Both the position numbers and the translations under genes were made by a program. The notes beneath the pieces were generated by a model, which searched no databases, was not told where the DNA came from, and worked only from the letters and a program-made list of their open reading frames with translations. A stretch of DNA of 64,000 nucleotides from Balamuthia mandrillaris (Eukaryota). The stretch's first letter is position 1. The number at the start of each line of letters is the position of its first letter. Location: assembly GCA_031835245.2 (NCBI GenBank), contig JAVKOQ020000101.1, positions 1 through 64,000 of the forward strand, written 5' to 3'. Shown here in pieces: positions 11,897 to 30,150 of the stretch.

Positions 11897-12733
11897 TTAG
11901 TGGGCTTGTGCGTTCTTGCCCTCCCGCCCTTCATGATGATCGTTCGTTGCTGCTGAGGCAGAAGGACGAAGGAGGAGCTCCTGGTCGATTTTCTGCTGAA
12001 ACTCCTCCAAGGAGGTGGCATCGTTGGTCAAGACCACGTCGGCCATGGCGTACACCGCGTTCATCTGTTGGGAGGCAACGTCCACGGTGGAGAACTCCTG
12101 TTGCTTCTCCTTGGCCACAAACTCCTCGAAGCTCTTCACGTCGCCAAGACGCCCTCTCGCCTTGCACCGCTCGTAGCGCAGTTGCAGAGGTGCTTCCAGG
12201 TGGATCAGCGTAAAGCTCTCGTTGCTTGCACGAAGCCGTTGCACCTCACTTTAAGACCATAGAGAGAGTGTGTGTCAGTGTCAAAAGAAGAGAGCGTAGG
12301 GAGGAAAACAAGAAGCAGAAAGAACCTCGGATGCCGGAGGGAGGAGATCACATAGCGCTTCGTCAGGTCTCTGATCTCTTCCTGGTCGATCTTGGCAAGA
12401 GCACGTTTTGCGAGTGCGTCTGTGCCTTCTTTTTGGCGAAGCTCGTTGCCGAGGTTGATCAGATTATCTATGTTCTCTACCATATCCCTTCTTCTCAACT
12501 CTTCTCTCACTAGATCGCTCAACGAAATGTGAACAAAGCCATAGTGGTGAACCAAGTAATCGGCAAAAGTGTCTTCGATGTGTTTGTTTTTGTTACAACG
12601 GTTAGCACAACTATCTGCCCATGCAAAGAAGAGAGAACCGGTGGTGTGCAGTACCCTTGCCGCTGGCTTTACCTCCCGTCACACCCAAGAAGTTGCTTCT
12701 CAAACCTGCACTCACACCGCTTGCCCCTTTCAT
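11897..12733 (-). CDS. P-loop nucleoside-monophosphate/dephospho-CoA-kinase-like protein (prokaryote-type UPF0200-like), 2 introns
   Basis: After splicing: FLGVTGGKASGKDTFADYLVHHYGFVHISLSDLVREE...LGNELRQKEG...SLRHPSEV...LEAPLQLRYER...ADVVLTND. Confidence 0.8.
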
Positions 12734-13174
12734 TCTTATTCTTACAGTTCCCGCCATTTTTTTTGCTCACAAACAGCTGTCGGCACAAAAAAGAAAAAGA
12801 AGCACGAAGACGAACAAGAACAAGCAGAACAAGAAGAATAAGAAGAGGAAGAAGAACAAGAACAAGAACGAGGACGAGAACAAGCACAAGAACAAGAAGA
12901 ACAGTGCGTTGTCGATGGAAGAAGAAGAACAAGAAGAAGAAGAGGAACAAGAAGGGGAATATGATGAAGAACAACAACAAGAAATGGAGTTGGAAGGGAT
13001 ATGCTTATACGTGTTTCACCAGTTTTTTCAACCATTTCGTGTAAAACAAAGGTTCCTTTTAAAAAAAAGTGGCAATAAACAAGAGAACAACAAAAAAAAC
13101 TCGGATAGAATAGTACACGGGTTGAGAAGGAGAGGAGAAGGAAGACGAATAGAAAAGAAGGAAGATCAGAGCTT

Positions 13175-14735
<1,561 letters not shown>

Positions 14736-15582
14736 TTTTTTGTTTGTTGGGTTATCTTCTTTCCGTCCGTAGCAGGAAGGCAGAGGAGGGGGGCTTTCTG
14801 TTTAAATAATCAAAAAACTAAACTAAAATCAAAAACAAAGCTTCCAAACAAGCAAGTGCGTCGCTACTCGCTTGAGTTTTGAGCTCTGTTTGGCGTTTTT
14901 CCTCTAACAAGGGTAAAGTAAAAAGGTAAAGGTAAGTGATACAAAAAAAAAGAATTGGAGATCACTACTCTTTTGATGAGGTGAGGGTTGTGGCGCTCAG
15001 AGTAATGTTGCGTTTCTGCTCTCTGTCCACAAAATTTACAAAGGACAAGACAAGCAAGCAAACAAACAAAGAGAGAGAGAGAAAGAAAATCGCTACAAAA
15101 AAAAAAGAGAGAGAGAGGAAGAAAGACAAAGGAAAAATAGGGGGAAAAGCTAACAAAGAAAAATGCCACTCACCAAAACAACTTCTTCCCCCTCTCCGCG
15201 AGTTTTGCACGGAAAAAACCTCACAGTTTTTTGTGTTTCAAAAAACAAATCTGCCCTCCTGAGCCCTCTTTTTTTGTTGGTTTTCAAAAATTTAACGGGA
15301 AAGTAGCCCAAAGCCAAAAGTCTGTGTGTGCTACTCTTTTTTTTTTTGTTTCTGCCGCAAAGAAAATATAAAAAAGGAGAGGAAATTTCGGGTAAATCCT
15401 ATTTTAGTGATTTACGTTAGAAATGACGTAAGCCTCCGACCTACGTGGCGAAACGATTTTCCAGGAAAGAATTTTGGCTATGCCGCCCTTTTCCCGCCAA
15501 AACGACCCCACGTAACGGCAGATTTCGGTAGAGCGAAAAACTCTGGTTTTTGGGGACAAAAAAAAAACAACTTGAAAAAAAA

Positions 15583-17820
15583 ATGATGTCCGCAGAGCTG
15601 CCGAGGGACCAGGCGGACGCCATGAAGTTGACGGACGAAACAACCGACAGAGGGACCACCAGCGCCACACCGCAGCAAAAAACGGTAGGTGCCACCGTTC
15701 AGCTGCCCTTTTCTTCTTCAAGCCTTAACCAATCGTTCCGTTTTTTTTTTTCTTGCAGACGCGAAAGCGTGCAGCTGCTTTGACGATGAGAGAAACTGGC
15801 GCCGCAGCTGGCCTGTCGCGAAGCTACGGCAACACTCACGCTCCTGCCAGCTCTGCTACTTTGAGACATTCGCGACCGGCTGCCGCTGCCGCACGCTACA
15901 GTATTAGTTCGCCGCTGAACACCGACCTGTTGGCCCAGTCTTCCATTCCATCTGTGCCTACTCCCAGTCCCCTTTCTCTCTCCAGTGGGGGCAAGGCTCT
16001 TCGAAGACAAGTCTTGTCTTTACAAACCCGTTTAGACCAAATGCATGGTATCTCCTCTTTACCCCCTCCTGCGTCCTCCTTGTTTACCACATTGTCTTAC
16101 TTGCTCAAAACCACAAGACAAACAAAACAGTCCCACGGCTGCTTCTACGCCCTCCTCTGCAAGCCACAACTTTTCCTCCTTGATCAAGTTTTCTCCCAAC
16201 CATACCAACAATCCTCCTCCAAAGCCCAAGCCCTACCTCATCACCCCGCTTCCCCTTGCAGAGGCAGCCACCACCGCTGAACTCTCTCTCAGCCCAAGCC
16301 GTCTGCGTCGATGCAGCATTGACCGATCTCCTGGTCGTACACCGCAAAGACCGAAGAACCATCATTCTAAGCATACAAGCACTCATGACAGCGTGTTGCT
16401 TCAAGCCCTGAAAAGTCGGTTTCCTTCTGTCTACAACCTTCATCTACTTTCTGAAAGAAGAAAGTCGATCTCTTGTAGTGATGACGTCGCGTCCTCCAAG
16501 TCGAATCTCACTACCTACGCATTGCCCTCTCCTTCAGCTTCTTGCGCGTCCTCTTCTTCTTTGTCTCCATCTTCTTCCTTCTTATTTCCATCTTTGTCTC
16601 CACGCTCTCAACAAACAACGGAGGACAGCATTATTAATACTTCTAAACCATCCCCTGCAGCTTCTACTACCATTGATGAAAGCACACCAAAGAAGAAAGA
16701 GAAACAGCGTAAGGACAGACAAAACAACAAGATAAGAAAAGATAAGATAGGGGTTAGTCCGCAAGGTTCTGCCATAAAGAAACAACGACGAGGGAGCGAT
16801 GCTCTCTACGCTCATCTACTTCGTGGCGCTCGTATCACTGCATCCGCTCATAAACAACAGAAAGCAAGCGAGCTTACGTCTGTTGCTCTCCCAAGTCCTT
16901 CAAACAGTCGCACCCAGTCTGTGGTAAGTCAGAACGAACATAACGACAATGGAAGGGAACAAGCCAGTGACGATGCCACATCCAAACAGCATGAAGAACA
17001 CACATCCACACCATTCTCTCCTTTCTCGTCTCCTCTGTCTATCTCTCTTCCGTCTGCTTGGAAATCAGCACCACGCGGTGTTGAGGCTAATGAAGAGACC
17101 CCGATAGAGGTTGGTGAGGAAGAGAAGGAGCAAACGCAAGAGACAGCACAACAACCAGAAGCAAATAGTGGAGTAGAAACTCACACAAAAAAACAAAAAC
17201 GATTCAGCAGGCAAATCGTCTCTCCAACACCAGCGGCAACGGCGTCCTCCTCGTCTTTCCTTCACTCTCGTCCAACAACACTACGAGTGCGGAGCAAGAG
17301 GCAGGGCGGAAGTGGACCCGCCTCCACTTTGCGCAAGGCTCTTTCGCGTGGAAACCATTTCTCCTCAACTCCGTTTTCTTCCGACAAGTACGACCACCTC
17401 GCCTTTTACAACGAAAGCGATGAAGAATCGGTCCATCCTTCTCAGGAAGAATGCTCTTCCTCCTCTTCTGCTTCATCTTTGGAAGTGGCTGCAGCCCTCC
17501 TTCATCACCAACTGTCCTCTTCTTCCTCCCCATCTTCTTCTGCCACCAAGAGACGACAAGCGGATGCCATAAAACCAAATCCATCCCTTACCACAACGAC
17601 AACGACAGGAAGCAGCAGTCCGAGTGGAAAAGGCTTGGCTAAAGCGTTTGGATCCACAGCGAAGCGCCTCAAGACCAGCGCTCTTGCCGTTAACTCAAAC
17701 AAGAACAACAACGATAACGCAACATCATCCGCAAAGAAGAAGAAAAGGACAAGGAAGAACAAGAAGATGAGGAACAAGAACAAGTATAGTGTTGCGAACA
17801 AGGAGAATATTGGGTGCTAA
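15583..17820 (+). CDS. Hypothetical Ser/Pro/Lys-rich disordered protein with a C-terminal KEN sequence, 2 probable introns
   Basis: ATG at 15583, GT-AG introns near 15685-15758 and 16048-16117, then a long open exon ending NKENIGC*. Confidence 0.65.
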
Positions 17821-17934
17821 TGCTGACGAAAGACTGGAAGACAGCATTCTCTCTTCGATGGAAGGACCGTGGAGGAGAACAAACTGTCTTGTAAATCTTT
17901 TTCACCTTCTCTGTATCGAACTAAAAAAAAGTTT

Positions 17935-19477
17935 TTAAAGAGCAACAGCGAGACCAACGCCAACCTTATAGAGATCCTTCAGGTAATCCATATCAGCGCA
18001 GAAACTAGCCCCAATGATAGCACCAGGGCTCAACTCTATCTGCTCCTCCAACAGCATCGATGCTCGCCAGTTGGTGTCCAATCGGCCCTTCAGCTGCGCT
18101 CGCCAGAACTGATAGCTGTAACCGGCAGAGGTGGTGGCCTGCCATGACTCCGCACCTTCGGGCTTGAACACTCGCATTTCCACTGAAAACTGCTTCTTTT
18201 GCTTGTTCCTGCTGCTGCAAACGGTGTAGTTGGTGGAGAGCATCGAGTCGGTGGCGATGGAGCCCGTCCAGATGGATTGGTCGGCCAAGCGGTAGCGCGC
18301 CACCCCCGTCAGTTGGGTTTGTTTTAGATTGGTAAAGCCACCGACACCTTGTTTTTTTGTTAACAGGAGTGCAAAGAAAGAGAAATGCAAGGAGGTGAAA
18401 TAGACAATAAGAAAAAAAAATGTACCTGCAGACAACTGTCGCGTAATGGTTTGCATAAAGCTAGATTCCCAACCGCCGCCGGGATGCCATTTTACGTCAA
18501 GGGTAGATAAAGGTGCTTTTAGCTCGGCTTCTACGGAAGCGAAGGACTGACCCGGTTTCTTGCTAGCCTGCAGTGACGATACAATCAGCAAATGAATGCC
18601 AGCACAAAAACAAAAGCAAGAAAGAAAGAAAGAAGGAGAAGCAGGCAAAGACAAGTACACCAACAACACCACACAACAACACTCGAAGAAGAAGAAGAAG
18701 AAGAAGAAGAAGAAGAAAAAGAAGAAAAAGAAGCAGAAGAACAAGAACAAGAAGAACAAGAACAACAAGAACAACAAGAACACAAAGAACAACGAGAAGA
18801 AAATAAGGCAAGCAAAGCGAGAAAAATGTTATAACCTTGGCGAACACTTTGAGACCAAGCTCCCACGTCTTTCTTTTATTCTCGTTAAACTTTTTGGATG
18901 CCAAAAGCCTTGCGTCAACTGCTTGCTCACTGGGAGACCACTTGCCTTGCAGGAAGATGGGCTTGGGAAAAAAAATTGAATAAGGCCACAGTGAATAACA
19001 CGGAAATAAAAGTGAAGCAATTGAAAAAGGTTAAGCACTTACGCCTGACACATTGGAAGCTACAAGAGAGTACGAAGGGGGATCTTTCATGCTCGCAAAC
19101 TGGAACATGTTGCCCAGCTGGAAACTAGCACGCTGCAGCGTAAAGTCCATCCGCACGCCATCAAAATTATCCCTTGTGTCCAGCACCACTATGATCGAGG
19201 ATTTAAAAAAGCAGTGTCGCCGTGAGAAAAAAATAAATAATCTCTCTTGAAAATAAAAGATGAACGCGCGGAAACACTCACTTCTGCTTTCGGAGTCGTA
19301 GGTTTCGAATTTTTTAGGGCGAGGAAGAATGGGCAGCGTGGGCAACCAATACAACCAGCCTCCAGACTGCGTGCTCTGCTGTGGCGCTTCTTTTTGCGGT
19401 TTCGCTGCAGCGGGCGCCGCGTCCGACAAGTGAAACTGTGAAAACAGAGCGTCTACCTCCTGTTGTGCTGCGGCCAT
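17935..19477 (-). CDS. TOM40: Mitochondrial import channel Tom40 (eukaryotic porin family), multi-exon
   Basis: PRPKKFETYDSE...FDGVRMDF...FQLGNMFQF at the N-terminus, amphipathic beta strands, and C-terminal AGYSYQFWRAQLKGRLDTNWRASMLLEE...DYLKDLYKVGVGL. Confidence 0.8.
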
Positions 19478-19793
19478 CCTTTTTCTCTCCAAGAAGATTA
19501 TTACTACTTCTTCGCTACGCTTTTTTTCTTTCTTTTTTCTATTTCCAAAAAAATGCAAAAAAAAAAAACCTCACGTTGTCGACAAAAAAGATAATTCGAG
19601 GAATTCAAGATCGAATGTTTGAATTCTGTTGGCAAAGAAATTTCTCCTCCTATCATAATTCAAATCCGAAGCCTTCACGATAACGAGAAAACGAAGGACA
19701 CAACGGAGAATCACACAACAATGAATCGGCTTTTTAAACATGTTGGTGACAAACAGAAGAAACACACAAGTGGCCACACGAGTGGCCAGTGGG

Positions 19794-21665
<1,872 letters not shown>

Positions 21666-22258
21666 TATGCTCAATTGGAACGGGTTGTTTCAGTTTGCAC
21701 TGTTAGAGACTCCATGAATAAGGAGTCCAAACCGAGAGAAAAATGACCAAACTCCTTGAAGCCAAGACGTGCCTTGTAACTCAAGCGAAAAGGTGCTATT
21801 TTACAGAAACTACTAGTGTAAAAATGTCTCTTGTTGTGCTTCTTTGTCCGTCCACTCTTCTTCAAAACAATTGGCCTTACTATTCTTTTCCGTGTCGTAT
21901 GGGGTTTGTGGGTGATGCCGAACCACAGCGTTTACTGTCCACTTTTTGACAAAACAAAACGAAACAAAAAGGGCTACTTCTTCCGAACTCAGTTTTCCTA
22001 ATCGGACTCTCCCACGTCTCCCCTGTCCTCCCCCAACCACTCCTCCTCTCTCCTCTCCCTTGTCTTTGTGACGCAAAGGGGCGCTACTGTTTTGCCCTTT
22101 TATAGTTAAAATTCTTCAAATGTTTAAAATAATCTCCATATTAAAAGTATGTCGACAAATATGTTGTCGACGCATATTGCATCTCTTGCATATCATACAT
22201 TCCGGGCATACCTGCAGAAGAAAGGGGGAGGCGACGAAGAGAAGGGGAAGAGCTCTCG

Positions 22259-25465
<3,207 letters not shown>

Positions 25466-25577
25466 TTTTCTACTCTCTCTCTCTCGTTCTTTAACCACTG
25501 GTGGATCATCTACTCATGAGTATTCATCAAAATATAAAAGAGCATCGACATCGACATCGGCGTTCAATTGGCATGTT

Positions 25578-25830
25578 TGTCCTCCCACGGCCATGTTTCT
25601 CCATAGACATAACGTCGAATGCCCTTGTGCGGAGAAGCTACCGAGTTATCCTCCGAAGCCAAAAGTGTGTGCTTCCGTTTGGGTGCTCATGGAGGCACGT
25701 GTTCATCTTCCATCACGTTTTTCGTGGGTTCGTTATTTTTTGGGGTAGTTTCGGCATGCAAATGAATTCCACCTGCTCGTGCAGAAAGTCATGCAACGCT
25801 GCCAGGGTTCCCGTTAGTTTGAAACATGAC
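25578..25830 (-). pseudogene. Deleted and rearranged remnants of the DUF1963/YwqG-like gene
   Basis: 25578-25716 matches about 31056-31101 joined to 31348-31443. 25745-25830 resembles the LREVLPQDLMEFI-coding segment near 30530-30600. Confidence 0.7.
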
Positions 25831-25838
25831 CTATTGTT

Positions 25839-25889
<51 letters not shown>

Positions 25890-26024
25890 CCTCACACAGA
25901 TAAATAAAAGTTGAGAAAAGTGAGCTCAGATAGAACAAGATCGAGGAAGGAGGTAACAGAGAACTTTTTTGAAGTGGTTTATTTTATATCGGGTATTCCA
26001 TTGAAGCAAGAAACAAGGATGAGT

Positions 26025-26393
26025 TCAGAACAGTGTACAACAACCCATTGACACAATTTGTCGGATAGTCATCGTGAGAGCGTCCCCCGACTCCATGATA
26101 TCCTGCAACTTCTCTCCCTCCGTCACCGCTCCACCCTTGCACTTTGTCTCCATGATTCTCATCGATGCCTTTACGTTTGCCACCCTGGGCAGTCCCTCCT
26201 GTTGAAGTTGCATGGTATCATTGAAGAACTTGTGAAAAACGGAGTGAACGTCCCCGACGGTGGCAGTGGGGTGGACGTAGACAGCGAAATTGGTTTGGCC
26301 TTGCCCTTGCTCCACGTACGGCCCGTTGGGCAGTTTCTCCGTAAAGTTCACGTCCAAGCGGACGACTAGGGTGGAGGTTGTACGGCTACCCAT
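26025..26393 (-). CDS. Small predicted ubiquitin-like (beta-grasp) protein with CaaX box, copy 1
   Basis: 122 aa, intronless. VHPTATVGDV helix start and GEKLQDIMESGDALTMTIR last strand fit a beta-grasp pattern. Starts MGSRTTS, ends GCCTLF*. TATAAAG about 80 bp upstream. Confidence 0.8.
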   Translation of the reverse strand: MGSRTTSTLVVRLDVNFTEKLPNGPYVEQGQGQTNFAVYVHPTATVGDVHSVFHKFFNDTMQLQQEGLPRVANVKASMRIMETKCKGGAVTEGEKLQDIMESGDALTMTIRQIVSMGCCTLF

Positions 26394-27221
26394 TGGTTTC
26401 CGTCTGGTTCTGTTCTTGTTTTACCGGTGTTTCAACGTAAACGTGCCTCAAGAGAAAAGTCTTCAGCTTCTTTATAAGGACATGGAATCCAGCGATAAGG
26501 ATGTCGTTAAGGATGCAGAAACCTTTCCTTGTTTCTACTTTTCACTTCAGTGTCGGAGCATGGAGGAAGAAAGGGAGCGGGCGAGAGACGAGAAAGTTCA
26601 AGCTAAAAGGGCGAAAGGGGAAGGGCAGCATGACGAAAACAGGGCAGGCATGCCACCCACAAAAGGGAAAAACCGTTCGATGGAGTTCGCATTTCAGGAC
26701 TTGGTGGGACCTTGACCTTTTTTTTCCTCTCTCTCTTCCTTTATTTTGTTTTGTTATTATTTTCCCGACAACGGACGGCTTCACACTCACAGAGGCTGAA
26801 GAGACCGCTTTGTCCACTTTCGAGCCGCAAACGCGACACAAATCACTTCTCCTGCATTTCTGTTCTCTTTGTTGTCCTTGAGCGCCTGGTTTTCACGGTC
26901 TGTGCGATGGGAGCTGGGAAGCTTCATGGACAGGACAGATGGGTGGCCCCTTGCTGAGGCGTTGACATGGAGAGGGCAGCAGCGCTCCTGTTGCTGCCTG
27001 ACAGTCCGGCAAATGTCCCACCAGCCTGAAATACCAAGATTGATGATAGGTCTGCAACGGACCGCTAAGACCTGTTCCTGTTCCATGTGGTTCCCTGCCA
27101 TCCTATCCGTGCCCCTCTTCTTCTTCTTCTTCTTCTTGTTCTTCTTGTTCTTGTTCTTCTTCTTGTTCTTCTTCTTCTTCTTCTTCTTCTTCTTCTTGTT
27201 CTCTTTTTTTGTTCTCTTTTT

Positions 27222-27261
<40 letters not shown>

Positions 27262-27328
27262 AGCACAGCAACAAAAGGTCAATGCAGAAAACACCCCTCT
27301 TCACCTTGCTTAGCGGCGTTCATGATTC

Positions 27329-27374
<46 letters not shown>

Positions 27375-27385
27375 AAAAACTATCA
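26394..27385. repeat. Segmental duplication block upstream of the Ubl-CaaX gene, copy 1
   Basis: Near-identical to 28610-29585, and in deleted form to 33680-34185. Confidence 0.9.
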
Positions 27386-27498
27386 AGAGAACTGAGAAAG
27401 TAAACCAGATGAAAGGATGAAACAAGAGTGTTGGCACTACCTTTAGCTTCTCCGTCAGATGCAGCCTCTTCTGATTCAATTTCACTCAACCTAATTGG
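27385..27498 (-). pseudogene. Duplicated exon-plus-intron fragment of the amidohydrolase gene
   Basis: Matches about 35443-35558 (PIGLSEIESEEAASDGEAKG exon plus adjoining sequence including intron). Confidence 0.85.
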
Positions 27499-27879
27499 AA
27501 ACGTATTAATATTTTTTCAGAAATATAGTTTCACCTCTCACGCAAAATCACTTTGGCTGTTTTTTGTCGAGCAGGCAAAACAGGTGTGTTTCCACGTGGA
27601 CCAGGTTTCGAGTATGTGGCATTGTAGAAGAGTAGCGCAGAGGAAGGGAAACAATGTATAAATACGTGAGAGATTGGTTAAATTGTACACTCACGGTAAA
27701 AGAGACAGAAGACAATGAGGGAGGGTTTGCGAGTTACTCTCTTACATACTTTTCCAGGTTTAAAACAAAACAGCTTCCTCTAAAAGTAGTACAACATGTA
27801 AAGCCACCTGAGCTTTAGTACGAACATTCTTGGAGATAATACCACCTGGTCAGAAAAAATGGAGTCAAGCAAAGGAAAA

Positions 27880-28120
27880 AACAAGAGGTTGGTCCTCCCA
27901 CAGCCATGTTTCTCCATAGACATAACGTCGAATGCCCTTGTGCGGAGAAGCAGCTTCCGAGTTCTTCTCCGAATCCAAAAGTGTGTGCTTCCGTTTGGGT
28001 CCTCACGGAGGAACCTGTTCATCTTCCATCACATGGTTTCGTTATCCGCTCCTCTTTTGAAACACTCCGCCGATTAATGCATTGGGTGGGGTTGTCGTGC
28101 AGAAAGTCATGCAACGCTGC
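27880..28120 (-). pseudogene. Deleted remnant of the DUF1963/YwqG-like gene
   Basis: Same internal-deletion junction (gaatgcc/cttgtgcgg) as 25578-25716. Confidence 0.7.
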
Positions 28121-28246
28121 CATCAAACGGTTTTTCCCTTTTGTGGGCATGCCCTTACAAACATAACAAGAACAAGACCAAGACCGTGGAGTGGTTTATT
28201 TTAAATCGGGTCTTCCACTGAAGCAAGAAACATAACAAGGATGAGT

Positions 28247-28609
28247 TCAGAACAGTGTACACTTTTCCACATATCGTACAATCATCGTGAGAGCTTCTCC
28301 CGACTCCATGATATCCTGCAACTTCTCTCCCTCCGTCACCGCTCCACCCCTGCACTTTGTCTCAATGCTTTTAACCTTTACCTTGGTCTTTGCAAAATTG
28401 GGCAGTCTCTCCTGTTGAAGTTGGTGGGTCTCATCGAAGGACTTGTGGTAAACGGAGTGAACGTCCCCGACGGTGGCGGTGGGGTGGACGTAGACAGCGA
28501 AATTGGTTTGGCCTTGCCCTTGCTCCACGTACGGCCCGTTGGGCAGTTTTTCCGTAAAATTTACGACCAAGCGGACGACTAGGGTGGAGGTGTTTCCTAG
28601 GTTAACCAT
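28247..28609 (-). CDS. Small predicted ubiquitin-like protein with CaaX box, copy 2
   Basis: 120 aa paralog of 26025..26393. Starts MVNLGNTS, ends EKCTLF*. Confidence 0.8.
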   Translation of the reverse strand: MVNLGNTSTLVVRLVVNFTEKLPNGPYVEQGQGQTNFAVYVHPTATVGDVHSVYHKSFDETHQLQQERLPNFAKTKVKVKSIETKCRGGAVTEGEKLQDIMESGEALTMIVRYVEKCTLF

Positions 28610-29313
28610 TGGTTTCCGTCTGGTTCTGTTCTTGTTTTACCTGTGTTTCAACGTAAACGTGCCTCAAGAGAAAAGTCTTCAGCTTCTTTATAAGGACATG
28701 GAATCCAGCGATAAGGATGTCGTTAAGGATGTGACAACCATTCCCTGCTTCTACTCTTCGCTTCAGTGTCTTACCATGGAGGACGAGAACGTTCATTGTA
28801 AGCTGAAAGGGCGAAAGGGGAAGGGCAGCATGACGAAAACAGGGCAGGCATGCCACCCACAAAAGGGAAAAACCGTTCGATGGAGTTCGCATTTCAGGAC
28901 TTGGTGGAACCTTGACCTTTTTTTTCCTCTCTCTCTTCCTTTATTTTGTTTTGTTATTATTTTCCCGACAACGGACGGCTTCACACTCACAGAGGCTGAA
29001 GAGACCGCTTTGTCCACTTTCGAGCCGCAAACGCGACACAAATCACTTCTCCTGCATTTCTGTTCTCTTTGTTGTCCTTGAGCGCCTGGTTTTCACGGTC
29101 TGTGCGATGGGAGCTGGGAAGCTTCATGGACAGGACAGATGGGTGGCCCCTTGCTGAGGCGTTGACATGGAGGAGGGCAGCAGCGCTCCTGTTGTTGCCT
29201 CACAGTCCGGCAGATGTCCCGCCAGCCTGAAATACCAAGATTGATGATAGATGTGCAACAGACCACTAAGACCTGTTCCTGTTGCATGTGGTTCCCTGCC
29301 ATCCTATCCGTGC

Positions 29314-29365
<52 letters not shown>

Positions 29366-29706
29366 GGTGGTAAGCCTGCTGAGATTTTGTATGAACCCTC
29401 TTTGCCAGCATACCATTGTGGTGTATTCAGAAATAAAAAGCAATGCGTGGAGGAAAGCAGAGTTCTTCCCTCCCTCCGTGAAGCACTGCAACAAAAGGTC
29501 AATACGGAGCAAACACTCCTCTTCACCTTGCTTAGCGGCGTTCACGATTCCCTTCTCTCTCTCTCTCTCTCTTCAAAAACTATCAACTGAACTGTGCTGT
29601 GATAATGTGTATTTTTTTTGTAAAATAATAAATAAGTTTAAACAAACAAAAGTTAAAAGGTTAAACAAAGGGAAAACAACAAAACGAAAAAACAATGTTA
29701 CAGTTG
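28610..29706. repeat. Segmental duplication block, copy 2; includes the amidohydrolase 3' flank and stop codon
   Basis: Matches 26394-27385 and 33680-34306. Confidence 0.9.
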
Positions 29707-29926
29707 TCCAACATTTATGTGCAGTCCCACCGAAGAACGAATGAGAGCGTCATCGATGACACGACCAAAATTGTTGAACGCCACCCCTTATCCCAAGACA
29801 AGAGAGTTGGTGGTGGTGGGGGCCACTATAGATGCCGTTATACCAGCCGCCAGTTGGGCTGATACATGACGACCGTGAAGTCGGACACCATCTTGTGCTT
29901 CAATTTCGGATAGTTCGTACATTGTT

Positions 29927-29930
<4 letters not shown>
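29698..29930 (-). pseudogene. Internally deleted copy of the amidohydrolase 3' region
   Basis: 29705-29930 matches about 35125-35350 and is fused to the gene's final codons (ttacagttg, original at 34298-34306). Confidence 0.85.
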
Positions 29931-29964
<34 letters not shown>

Positions 29965-30022
29965 CGTTCTTTAACCACTGGTGGATCATCTACTCATGAG
30001 TATTCATCAAAATATAAAAGAG

Positions 30023-30082
30023 CATCGACATCGACATCGACATCGACATCGACATCGACATCGACATCGACATCGACATCGA
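30023..30082. repeat. (CATCGA)10 hexamer repeat
   Basis: 10 units here against 2 units in the duplicate at 25543-25554. Confidence 0.95.
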
Positions 30083-30150
30083 CATCGGCGTTCAATTGGC
30101 CTTTTTATTTGCAGAACAACCAAGAAGATAGTTGATAGAAACATTCAGAC

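Noticed and set aside
26290..29157. Duplicated + strand ORFs (MVWPCPC..., MTFFFLS...)
   Set aside because: They recur only because the DNA is duplicated; they are antisense or promoter-region ORFs whose frames vary between copies.
30023..30088. CRISPR-like array
   Set aside because: A simple hexamer repeat with no spacers, in a eukaryotic context with no cas genes.
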